This document shows positions 39,501 to 47,559 of a stretch of DNA of 64,000 bases, one piece after another. The position numbers and the translations under genes were made by a program. The notes below the pieces were generated by a model that was given only the letters and a program-made list of their open reading frames with translations, was not told the DNA's origin and made no database searches. This DNA comes from a bacterium (lineage in GTDB: Bacteria > Patescibacteriota > Patescibacteriia > JACQRZ01). How positions within the stretch are numbered: the stretch's first letter is position 1; every line of letters starts with the position of its first letter. The stretch is taken from positions 33,973 through 97,972 of the forward strand of contig JAUYIE010000018.1 in NCBI GenBank assembly GCA_030688365.1. The letters run 5' to 3'.

Positions 39501-40618
39501 ACCACAAGCTGGCCGACAATCAATGCGGTAGAGCTTCCCGCTAATCCAGTTTCGGTAGCGGATGCGATTTTTGTTAATTGTTGACCTCCAAATAGTGGAA
39601 ACCCGTTTACTGCAAATGTTCCACCGGTCAATGTCGCATTTGTAACAACCCCAAGTTCAGGCGGAAACGTATCTCGCTGAAACAATACTATATCTCCAGC
39701 ACTTGGAGTTGTATATGTACCATTTGGCACAAATGATCCTGCCCCAAAAGCAGGGAAAAACCCGCTTCCACCAGTAGAAAGTTGTGCAAAACGTGAACTT
39801 GCTGTATAGGTCGGCGCGCTAGAAACAGTCACATCAAATCCATCAGGAAATGGTTTTATACTAACACCAACAGGTGTAACCCCTTGAGTTAGGGTAATGT
39901 TATCAGGCGTAAACGTAGATCCATCCATCTGTTCATTAAACTGCATGTGTAAAAATGTATTGATTGGCACATTTGTGGATGCTGTCATTGGGGCTGTACT
40001 TGAAACAGTCGGTGCGACAGTATCAATTGTAATGGCAGAAGTAACCACAGGGGTTATTGTTGGAGAACCAGAATCCGTGACTATACCATCCGCAGGCACT
40101 GTGAATGTAAACGCATGATCATTAACTGCCCCCGCTGATGTTCGGTATACCAAATAATATGTACCCGCGGCTCCAGGGGTTGTAAGAGTTAATGTTGTGG
40201 ATCCATTACTCCATGCAGATACTGTATCCATAGGCACTACGACATCCGTACCATCAAATGATCCAGCCGTATCCCCTGCATCGTCGTACAAAGCAACACC
40301 GGAAGCGACTTCCGATGCTGCATCAAGAGTAGCCAAATCAGCTGTCGTAAAACCAGATGCACCACTGTCGGTAGCAGTAACAGTAATTGAGTTTAAAACT
40401 TCACCAGCATCAACAGCAATCACGAGCTTAATGGCTGCAGCCGGCACGCTCGACGCTAATGCTCTGTTATTCGCGTAATTGATAAGACTCGTCACTGTTG
40501 GTGTGACGGTTGCCAACGCCACTTGCGCTGTAAACGGCGCAACTCCCACCGAACCAAATATTGTCATTGCTACAACAAATGTGTGTAGTATCCGACGGAA
40601 CCGAACATTTCCTCTCAT
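33557..40618 (-). CDS. giant secreted surface protein (Ig-like, carboxypeptidase-regulatory-like, HFS-motif domain, FN3, conserved C-terminal domain)
   Basis: 2353 aa, signal peptide ending VALA, D.TAPTV/FS..D Ig repeats, ITG.V...T...G.Y repeats, FN3 (WTAVDGASTYNIY..YYYKVSAVN), S/T linker, C-terminal domain shared with the 52908 ORF. Confidence 0.88.
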   Translation of the reverse strand: MRGNVRFRRILHTFVVAMTIFGSVGVAPFTAQVALATVTPTVTSLINYANNRALASSVPAAAIKLVIAVDAGEVLNSITVTATDSGASGFTTADLATLDAASEVASGVALYDDAGDTAGSFDGTDVVVPMDTVSAWSNGSTTLTLTTPGAAGTYYLVYRTSAGAVNDHAFTFTVPADGIVTDSGSPTITPVVTSAITIDTVAPTVSSTAPMTASTNVPINTFLHMQFNEQMDGSTFTPDNITLTQGVTPVGVSIKPFPDGFDVTVSSAPTYTASSRFAQLSTGGSGFFPAFGAGSFVPNGTYTTPSAGDIVLFQRDTFPPELGVVTNATLTGGTFAVNGFPLFGGQQLTKIASATETGLAGSSTALIVGQLVVANSSDRYAWHMVTAGTTVDDEALRFDGDEAVPSLVSGSRVSSMAMDATATDNGVTGGGTLAVSQGDLVFVQLAGGSYGWHLVTTAGGLSSVEGFGESTAVLDGTDAASSLVEDSSQMSKLTPAAQGLATDEVTAFTFGDMLFASTTANAANNGSYAFHMVTSPATGVSHTALRLDNSSSPLTISSSYTLTATTSVTDLAGNALASNAVVTFSTGAVSGTNTTPPFVQSSIPQGGNQQFPPNGVVKITFSVDMSVSGGSSGTNSVTNPANVGLFLDNYGAPGAAVSATNTYDSATKTVTITPASALAVNTGYVAKVLSSAYSTTDTPSADFFLSFRTAGAVDATAPTVLGTSPTNSATGVSRSSSISIGFSKDIDPSTITTSTIKLQKTSDDSYITGAVTYNPGSRSANFTPAAQLLGSTEYRIRALAGSSGVKSVAGLQLGAATPANDYTSTFTTNNTTDSTAPKVTFSGADNFGVAITFSEQVKSGGGPNAADNIANYALESPVGTSASLSGKTVTYDGETKTANITGLALQNSSTFKVTVTPAVQDLANNSIDTTGTPPNNVAYGTVQDSDTTGGQLGPGNGPAMDPGMQGMNPTRVTPMVRSAGATSNYKLEFLATTSIPVLGQIVLTFPAGFDVTNVGKATAGTASFCNSDINGPMTGTVTLGAVAGDADAGTVTINTAGAATSANAFVCVDLTGIVNSTVPSSSGYTVGVSTRDTADNYRSILESKTSSPFFLGATGSRTLTVNVFKDANTDGNNDAGEGINDVTAFLFSPATGGKEATTANDVVDGVATFSNLADGDYMVGIKPNTNIDVAFNSAPQPIIISANTVKNFALSSAAAITISGTVTGTNGTIIDVFASSPNGFTKKTITLSGGADAYSLPVSANETYNVGVGPSVPEQFMTPGAPPSPPPDFTFMPPANVQVNVASASVTEETVTGLAFTLTTANKTITGFVLDSNGTGVSTANIFCRPVAASTTGMADGFGTGTQTTTTGTFTVNVTQGVYLCGVFKPGMPPVPDKQITVGAASNTPSSLTFRLSAGTTSLTISGTIKDDAGNAIPYAGVSGRKVTSSADTTAVGGDSSNFVGGPTDANGAYTLYVSAGTWVVEAFAPGFGRLGTKTIVISSSNATGQDFSAETLSMGSIRGTVTKGGTAQQGVMVRAETADGTSGNMTITATDGTYTVKVPAGTYTVKCFFPGVGEGTPLTSVAVAADTTTSGQDCTLGAPITLTINVTDGTNPVTNAGVDVRDSNGRGNFTNVSTTSGANAVYTVNVPPGTYTVRVGHPAYGKIGETTGVNTTRTITHTAAAGAIFAVTGTVTGDGSNLSGAWVSLTGAATGTTNVIALGSQTASNGTFSVSVPAGIYNLRVDKPGYRSPAESAVAVTAATAVGTIALTTASKTITGTISISGSGVSNAFVDANDGLGGYSVAQTDSAGAYSLAVDTGTWSVRAHAPGYEGGPMSVIVGGSSVSSQDMSLTAIPNFVVKPERPETVTPTSGGFFTNSDIGDNFKLNIPANALGTGSNAATVTTKINTAMPTPPRGSILSKNAVTITAVDSSGQKLSSLNDSVTIVIPYDEADIPAGSSEANLVIGTWNDATQAYDTLTTTVDTDNNTLTATVAHFSDFAPLMPADGAPSTPTGLTVTDAGTGSTARLTWTAVDGASTYNIYQSTDNSSFPLLASPTTTSYTATGLSASTTYYYKVSAVNASDQESAASSASSVTIAAAASSSGGVIVSGPSSSSSSTATTSTTTDTTTTDNTTTTENTVTTDTTVTTSPTLSVADARAQQVAKIKAEAEKVKMNDVATLASDVGQKRDIGMEKKYESTIVARVVSSLTPAATKAQVLNFVTYGTPTTVVLGAGERAGVVNSFEAAFGYVPTSSGDWEDVIKIANGRWPGTLNAKREKAVIGSFKKVYLRDADLSNPHDQAAIAVMAYGLRSDKRNLKSEAAAIKSFRAIYKKVPVSAAEWDVVRAIAYSGAIR

Positions 40619-40802
40619 ATGAATAATGTGGTTAAGCCGACTGTAATATATGCAATCGACATGGTAATTTATAAAAAGAAAACAAAAACTCCTTTACTTT
40701 AATATATAGTTCAATAAAAGTCAGTACCATCCAAAATTAAAAACGACTGTAGCATGAGGCATCTTCAAGAAGAGTATTAATAATAGTATAACACACAGAC
40801 TG

Positions 40803-40833
40803 AAAAAATATACAACATGATTGTATATTTTTT
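40803..40833 (-). terminator. AT-rich hairpin after ndk
   Basis: AAAAAATATACAA-catga-TTGTATATTTTTT. Confidence 0.5.
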
Positions 40834-40869
40834 AAAAAAATCCTATTTTCTGCTCGTCAATCCTAATGC

Positions 40870-41433
40870 CTAGTACGAAAAAATGCTATTCATATCGCTA
40901 AACCAATGTTCAATCTCGTGTGCCGCCTCTTCAGGAGTCTCCGAACAATGCACCATGTTCATGACCGCACGTTTTTCCTTATTTGCCAGTGCAGGAGAGT
41001 CAATAGAAAAATCACCGCGGATCGTTCCCATGTCAGCCAAATACGGCATCGTAGGTCCCGCGATCTTACGTACCACATCTACCGCGTGTATCCCCTCCAC
41101 AACAATCTTTACCAACGGAGCGGCTTTCATATAGTCAATTAACCATTTGCGGATTTCCGGCCCGATCTCTGATGGATTGGTGGTACCAAAATCAGACATG
41201 GCGTCATATCCATACTTTTCATACGTTGCAAGAGTTTTGGAACCCAATCGCGTAATCCATTCTTCATTTTTTGGATAATGATCGTCAATCTGTTCATGGG
41301 TGGGTTGAAACATCTCAAGACCGACGATTTTTAGACCAACCCGTTCAAAACGACGTATGATCTCCCCTATCAATCCTTTTTGTACACCATCTGGTTTTAT
41401 GAGTACAAATGTTCGTTCTATATGAAATTCCAT
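40870..41433 (-). CDS. ndk: nucleoside diphosphate kinase (long, insertion-bearing type)
   Basis: ERTFVLIKPDGVQ, GTIRGDF, NMVHCSE catalytic His. Confidence 0.95.
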   Translation of the reverse strand: MEFHIERTFVLIKPDGVQKGLIGEIIRRFERVGLKIVGLEMFQPTHEQIDDHYPKNEEWITRLGSKTLATYEKYGYDAMSDFGTTNPSEIGPEIRKWLIDYMKAAPLVKIVVEGIHAVDVVRKIAGPTMPYLADMGTIRGDFSIDSPALANKEKRAVMNMVHCSETPEEAAHEIEHWFSDMNSIFSY

Positions 41434-41452
41434 ATATAGTTATCATTACAAG

Positions 41453-42382
41453 TTAATAAATAGTATACAATGCCTGTGCGGTACTCCATGGAAAATGAAA
41501 TCTGCGAGATGACGAAGTATTGACGTTTATCGTGTCACCGTCAGTGGTAAAAACAATATCACCGTCTTGATCAGTACGAAATGACTGAATGTCGTGACGG
41601 TCAAGTCGATTCAAAAGACGAGTGCTTGGGTGGCCAAACATATTATGAAATCCGGCGGAAATTGCCGCCACATTTGGGTGTACTACGTCAAGAAACGTAT
41701 CGCTGGTAGAATACTCGCTTCCATGATGTCCAACTTTTAACACATCGGCAGAAACATCTTCCTTTGCGTCAAGGAGGGCTTTTTCTTCCGTATCAGTCGC
41801 ATCCCCTGTCAAAAGAAAGGATTTCTGTTTGTAGACAAGTTTAGCAACAATTGAAGATTCATTCAAGTCCGACATGGACATATCGTGCAAATTGACCATT
41901 GGCGCAAAAATAGACATATGTATATCAGACCCCATATCCACCTGTGTACCGCGCCAGACTTCTTGTACATCCACTCCTTTTTCTACCGCTTGTGCTAACA
42001 AATCTTGATAATCAGGACTTTTTTGTACAATGCCGGTAATATACATATGATGAACCTTGTAACGATTCAAGACTTCATGCAACCCCCCGTAATGATCCAG
42101 ATGGGGATGAGTCAATATAACCAACTCAATATCATGATCATAAAACGGCATATACTCACTCAATTTTGCCAAAATACTTCTATCGGGTCCCGCATCAATC
42201 AATATTTGTTGACCAGCCGGCCCATCAACTAAAATAGCATCGCCCTGACCGACATCAAGGACCGCGACCGTTAGTTGCGTGCTGTCTTTTGCCTGTCCGA
42301 CGAAGTATACGCCCAACAGCACAGCACACATCACCAGCACAATACTAGCGATGTGTATGATACGTGTATGCACGACAAGCAT
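41453..42382 (-). CDS. ComEC metallo-beta-lactamase nuclease domain (stand-alone)
   Basis: LDVGQGDA, THPHLDHYGG, LTGDA, KVGHHGS, FGHP, RTDQDG. Confidence 0.92.
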   Translation of the reverse strand: MLVVHTRIIHIASIVLVMCAVLLGVYFVGQAKDSTQLTVAVLDVGQGDAILVDGPAGQQILIDAGPDRSILAKLSEYMPFYDHDIELVILTHPHLDHYGGLHEVLNRYKVHHMYITGIVQKSPDYQDLLAQAVEKGVDVQEVWRGTQVDMGSDIHMSIFAPMVNLHDMSMSDLNESSIVAKLVYKQKSFLLTGDATDTEEKALLDAKEDVSADVLKVGHHGSEYSTSDTFLDVVHPNVAAISAGFHNMFGHPSTRLLNRLDRHDIQSFRTDQDGDIVFTTDGDTINVNTSSSRRFHFPWSTAQALYTIY

Positions 42383-42402
42383 GGTATCTTGTTTGTTCTG
42401 TC

Positions 42403-43716
42403 TTACAATCCGGCGATTCTAAACGTAAACTTTCCATTCTTTGTTGCTATTTGTGTTAACGTACCCACAACATCAAATCGTATCGTGTTATCAGGTGCAC
42501 CCAATAATACCACAGTGATTATGCCACCATCCGCAGTTTTTCCTTGCGCCGCCATACTGTATCCCGCCTCTTGTGTATATCCTGTTTTTCCTGCTAATAC
42601 TTCTCCTACTTTTTCTAACAATGCATTGCTATTTTTTGTAGACGCGACTTCTTTAAACTTCAATGTCTTAAATACATATCGTTTTGTTTCTGCTGCCGCC
42701 AAAACAGATGCATGACTATATGCTGTTTGTGTGAGAATCGCGAGATCTTTGGCAGTAGACTTATTACCTTCATCTAGTCCGGTCGGTTCTACAAATACTG
42801 AATCTTTCATTCCCAATTCCTGTGCTTTTTCATTCATTTTTTGTGCAAATACTTCAGACGAAAACCCCGTAGATCGCGCAAGCATCTTTGCCGCATTATT
42901 TTTAGAACCCACCAGTGCGCCGTAAAATGCATCTTTGACGGTTATCTGCTCTCCAATTTTAAAATAAAACTTCGCCGGAATCGTGTCATCTGATTTTTGA
43001 AACGTTATGACGGTATCCCAGCCAGGATTGTGATCCAAAAACACCAGCACCGTCATCAGTTTGGTAATACTGGCAATCGGCAATTGATTACTGCTATTTT
43101 TTGACAACAACACATTGTTATCTTGGTCAGTTATATACACGGCTTTTGCGGGAATAGCCCACAAATCAACACCATTATTAGACACCCACGGTCGTTTTTC
43201 TATCACCGCAATCTGTGAATATGGCAAAGTGGTCTGTGCAATCACATGATGATCTTTGTGTGTAGATGGAAAAGGTCGCCATGTCTGCTTATTACGATCA
43301 TAAAATGCAAGATACGCATTAGGATCAGTCCCGCCATACAGTACAGATAGCGTCATATTCTTTTCAATGTCTCCCTGCCCTTGCGTCCCAAAATCATACA
43401 TATATACTGCACTTCCAAATGTAAAACCTGGTGCAGGCGGCAAAAAGGTCAATGCCTCATACGCAGTCATCACACGACTAAACTTGAGAGATGATACCGT
43501 TGACATTGTTTTACTTTCTACTTGGAGCGAAAGATATTCACCATCATAATGATATGTAGTGTCTTGTACTCGCATGGTGGCGTCTATATTCACATAATCA
43601 TCAGGAACAGTAGTTGGCATCACGCCAGTATCGCCAGAAACATTACCTGCAGGCAAGATGCCAAACGTAACAGACAGGCACAACAGACTGATAGTGAGTG
43701 AGAACATTTTTTTCAT
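42403..43716 (-). CDS. D-alanyl-D-alanine carboxypeptidase (S11) with extra N-terminal domain
   Basis: ASITK (SxxK), SKN, EPTGL, KTGYT; signal peptide from ATG 43716. Confidence 0.9.
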   Translation of the reverse strand: MKKMFSLTISLLCLSVTFGILPAGNVSGDTGVMPTTVPDDYVNIDATMRVQDTTYHYDGEYLSLQVESKTMSTVSSLKFSRVMTAYEALTFLPPAPGFTFGSAVYMYDFGTQGQGDIEKNMTLSVLYGGTDPNAYLAFYDRNKQTWRPFPSTHKDHHVIAQTTLPYSQIAVIEKRPWVSNNGVDLWAIPAKAVYITDQDNNVLLSKNSSNQLPIASITKLMTVLVFLDHNPGWDTVITFQKSDDTIPAKFYFKIGEQITVKDAFYGALVGSKNNAAKMLARSTGFSSEVFAQKMNEKAQELGMKDSVFVEPTGLDEGNKSTAKDLAILTQTAYSHASVLAAAETKRYVFKTLKFKEVASTKNSNALLEKVGEVLAGKTGYTQEAGYSMAAQGKTADGGIITVVLLGAPDNTIRFDVVGTLTQIATKNGKFTFRIAGL

Positions 43717-43776
43717 ATAGTTTTTAGTGTATGGAGTATATCTACAAATGACAAGACGGTTCAAAGAATGGCGCAC

Positions 43777-45336
43777 CTAGGGTAGTGCAATCGCCTTGAT
43801 TTGAGATTCTGTTGAAACAGACGGTTGTGTATGAATACGGTGATATGACCATACAATGAAAAATAATAGACCATAACTGAACACAAAAAATACCCACGAC
43901 CATGATTGGAGTGTGATGGAAACAGAGGCGTAGGGAATACGAGAAAGATAGTCGGTTATCTTAAGAATATACTCAAGTACCAGCCATGTACCCCATGCGA
44001 CAGGTGTAACTATTATCTGCCAAAAAGGTGCAAATGGACCTAAAAGTGTCCCTGCCATATTCATCACCACCAATATAAATCCGATTACCATAGAAAAAGG
44101 TATAAACGGCAAGACCAGTATGTTTGCCAATAGTGATATCAACGACAACGATGAAAACTGTACAACAATCAGCGGTATAGTCGCCAATGTGGCGGCAAGT
44201 GTTTGGGTGCTGATTTCTTTCGCCCATTTCCATATGGGCAGTTTATCTATGAAATGAGAAAGTATCGGCGTACCATACAAAAGTCCCATGGTAGCCAAAA
44301 ATGACAGTTGAAATCCGGCATCATGAAATAATACAGAGGGAGACAACGCGACCATTACTACACCAGCGATTAACAAGGTATGAGCGACATTTTGCGTTCT
44401 GCCTTTATGTTGCGCGATAAGTACGAGTCCCCCCATCAATGCCGCGCGTATCGTAGAACTGGATGCGCCAGTAAACAACGTAAAAAGCGTTACACCTGCC
44501 AAAATCGCCCATGTCGCTCGCTTTCTGCCTATACGAACGGCACGAAAGAGTGATGCGATTGCCACCATAACCACTGTGATGTTGTATCCGGATATTGCCA
44601 CAATGTGTGTTAATCCGACAATTGAAAAACTGCTTGCGACATTTTTTGGAAATGCACTGCGCGCCCCAAATAATATTCCCGAGAGAAGCGTACTATGAGG
44701 TTCGGGAAGTAACGTATTGATCCCAGATACCATCCATTTTTTAAAACTATACAGCCCTGTCAATACAAAAGAAGAATGCTCACCGGAAATTGCCATGATA
44801 GAAGTCGGTTTACGACACCACGAAAAAATCCCTTGTCGTGCCAAATAGTCTTTGTATGAAAAACCTTCTGCCACAAACGGCTCTTCCAATTCACACCCAA
44901 AGGTCACATGATCACCATATCCAAACCATGGATATGATGGCGCGTCTATCAAAATCAACCCATTGTATGTGGCATTTCCAACGTTGTAGTCGGTAATGTT
45001 GACTGTTAGTTTTTGTTTTGTCTCCCGCACATCCGGTTCTTTGACAATCACGCCTTCCCACTGATGAACACTCTGTGCGTTAAACACGCTCACATTATAA
45101 TCGCCGGCTATGGGGATAGCACTGATACTTCGTAAAAGGCCAATACTAAAAAATAAGATACAACATCCAAGTATACGTATGCGCTGGTGATGACGCCACG
45201 AGATCATAACTATACCGATCCAGACTACCACAATCGCCCATACCCACGATACGCGTATCCATTCATACAGCGCAATACCCACAAGAAAAGAAAGCGCGCA
45301 CCAACGAGTGATGCGCGATAATGGCCAAATAATCAT
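43777..45336 (-). CDS. comEC: ComEC/Rec2 DNA-uptake membrane channel (OB plus competence domain)
   Basis: GLTHIVAISGYN, SSTIRAALM, GFQLSFLAT, LANILVLP. Confidence 0.92.
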   Translation of the reverse strand: MIIWPLSRITRWCALSFLVGIALYEWIRVSWVWAIVVVWIGIVMISWRHHQRIRILGCCILFFSIGLLRSISAIPIAGDYNVSVFNAQSVHQWEGVIVKEPDVRETKQKLTVNITDYNVGNATYNGLILIDAPSYPWFGYGDHVTFGCELEEPFVAEGFSYKDYLARQGIFSWCRKPTSIMAISGEHSSFVLTGLYSFKKWMVSGINTLLPEPHSTLLSGILFGARSAFPKNVASSFSIVGLTHIVAISGYNITVVMVAIASLFRAVRIGRKRATWAILAGVTLFTLFTGASSSTIRAALMGGLVLIAQHKGRTQNVAHTLLIAGVVMVALSPSVLFHDAGFQLSFLATMGLLYGTPILSHFIDKLPIWKWAKEISTQTLAATLATIPLIVVQFSSLSLISLLANILVLPFIPFSMVIGFILVVMNMAGTLLGPFAPFWQIIVTPVAWGTWLVLEYILKITDYLSRIPYASVSITLQSWSWVFFVFSYGLLFFIVWSYHRIHTQPSVSTESQIKAIALP

Positions 45337-45348
45337 GAAACATGGTCG

Positions 45349-46404
45349 TCAATACGAACCATGCAACCAATGGCGGCATCGCTGATGAGGAGATAATGTT
45401 GTATATAATACAGTATTGTCATGAGCGTTTTGTATACGTACGGGATCGGTATTCCACTCAAAAATACGACGTACACCTTCTTCAAGCGCCACCTGAGGTT
45501 CCCACCCGAGCACGTCTTTGGTCACACAATAATCAATAGAACTATGTGCAACATCTCCCTTTTTTACTGCGCGATACATTGGTTCTTGGTGGTTACCAGA
45601 GACACGCACAATCACATTGAATAATTCATTGATAGAAGTGCGAATACCCGTACTTACATTATACACACCATTCACGTTCGTGTTGAGCGCACGCATACAT
45701 GAATCAACACAATCAGCCACATACACAAAATCTCGTGTATAGCTTCCATCACCGTTGATAATAGATTCTTGCTTATTTAAAAAGTTTTGCACAAAGATAG
45801 AAATCACTCCGCACTCGCGACTGGTTTCTTGTCGCGGACCATACACGTTTGCAAACCGCAACGCCACATAATCAATACCATACGCATCATTTGAATATTC
45901 CAAATGGCGCTCAAACACCACCTTACTATGACCGTATGGCGACACTGGCGCCTGCGTATAATTGTGAGGAAACTTCTCAACACCCGGCGGGAGCTCTCCA
46001 TAGATAGCTCCCCCCGATGACGCAAAAATTATTTTTTTCACTCCACCGTATATACAATTTTTTAAAAGATTTACCCCACCAATGATATTAATATCAATAT
46101 CGTGAATAGGATCCAGTACTGATAATCGCAAGTCAATTTGTCCCGCAAAATGAAACACATAGTCCGGTTTTTCAAGATCAAACACGCGATGTAATTCATG
46201 ATCACGAATATCCATTTGATAAAATCGTGAACCATGTTCTTCTTTTAAGACGACAGGATTGATATATGAAGGACGCCCCGCATAGAGGTTATCGAGCACA
46301 ATCACCGGATATCCTTGTTCTATAAGGTGATCTACAAGATGTGAGCCAATAAACCCCGCACCACCGGTCACTAAAATCTTTGGTTTTGCTGTTGTCTCTT
46401 CCAT
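45349..46404 (-). CDS. NAD-dependent epimerase (GalE-like)
   Basis: ILVTGGAGFIGSH, SSGGAIYG, YGHSK, RFANVYGPRQ; start may instead be 46440. Confidence 0.9.
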   Translation of the reverse strand: MEETTAKPKILVTGGAGFIGSHLVDHLIEQGYPVIVLDNLYAGRPSYINPVVLKEEHGSRFYQMDIRDHELHRVFDLEKPDYVFHFAGQIDLRLSVLDPIHDIDINIIGGVNLLKNCIYGGVKKIIFASSGGAIYGELPPGVEKFPHNYTQAPVSPYGHSKVVFERHLEYSNDAYGIDYVALRFANVYGPRQETSRECGVISIFVQNFLNKQESIINGDGSYTRDFVYVADCVDSCMRALNTNVNGVYNVSTGIRTSINELFNVIVRVSGNHQEPMYRAVKKGDVAHSSIDYCVTKDVLGWEPQVALEEGVRRIFEWNTDPVRIQNAHDNTVLYTTLSPHQRCRHWLHGSY

Positions 46405-46461
46405 GCGATTACGAGAGTAACAAATTATACGTCTACCCATGTTTATACGACCGATTATCTT

Positions 46462-47548
46462 CTACTGCTTCCTACGCCATTTTATATACTCCTCAATAAA
46501 AGGCAAGAGCGATCCGTCCAGAACATCCTGTATTTGATCAGTTTCATAGTTGGTACGATGATCTTTCACCATTTTATAGGGATTCAACACATAGGAGCGT
46601 ATTTGATTTCCCCATGCCGCCTCATGATATTCGCCACGGAGCTGTTGCCGTTCTTCTTCTTTTTGAGTGAGGGATAGTTGATGTAGTTTTGCCTTCAAAT
46701 ATCGCATAGCCGTCTCTTTGTTCTGTAATTGAGACCGCTCATTTTGACACGTTACTACAATACCGGTCGGGATGTGAGTAATACGCACTGCCGAATCTGT
46801 CGTGTTGACTCCCTGTCCCCCCTTACCACCAGCGCGGTACGTATCAATACGCATATCATCCGTCGCGATATGTATTTCATGTTGCGTCCCTACATCAGGA
46901 ATCACTTCAACAAGTGCAAAAGAAGTCTGTCGTAATTTTTCTCCATCAAAAGGAGAAATGCGTACGAGACGATGCACCCCGGCTTCTGCTTGTAAATAGC
47001 CATACGCATACGGCCCCACCACCTCCAACGTAGCACTCTTGATGCCCGCTTCACCGCCCTGTTGCTTATCAAGGATGCGCACCGTCCATTTTTGTTGTTC
47101 GCAAAAACGCAGATACATACGCAACAGCATATCCGCCCAATCCATCGCGTCTACTCCGCCGGTTCCTGCATGAATCGCGATCATCGCATTATTATGATCA
47201 TACTCACCGGAAAAAAGCGCTTGAAACTCATGCTCTTCAAACTCCGTACGAAGTGTTTCAAACTGTTGTTGTATTTGATCACTGTTTTCTTGCCCGTAGG
47301 TACGCGCCATTTCCAAAAGTGCCTGACAGTCATCTTCCATACGATCCCATAGTGTTACCACCTCCTTGTCATATGCGAGTTCCTGTCCTAACGTACGTGC
47401 GTGATGTGAATCATTCCAAAAATTTTCTTTGGTCATCTCCTGCTCAATCGTGGCAATACGTTTCTTGCGTACCTCAATGTCAAAGTAACCCCCTACACTC
47501 TTGAATACGCCGTGTAAGCGCATTAAGATCATGAATCGGTGACGGCAT
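46462..47548 (-). CDS. prfB: peptide chain release factor 2, expressed through a +1 programmed frameshift
   Basis: SPF and GGQ motifs; ATG at 47548 gives MPSPIHDLNALTRRIQECRGLL, ending at CTT TGA, then +1 into the main frame. Confidence 0.95.
47479..47494 (-). promoter_or_regulatory. RF2 +1 frameshift cassette
   Basis: AGGGGG-TTA-CTT-TGA-C, the canonical internal SD plus shift site. Confidence 0.93.
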
Positions 47549-47559
47549 AGATGTTGAAA

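Noticed and set aside
46462-47548. Possible alternative genetic code (UGA = Gly) or prfB pseudogene
   Set aside because: RF2 is intact with a canonical frameshift, TGA ends genes, and long genes are open in code 11.
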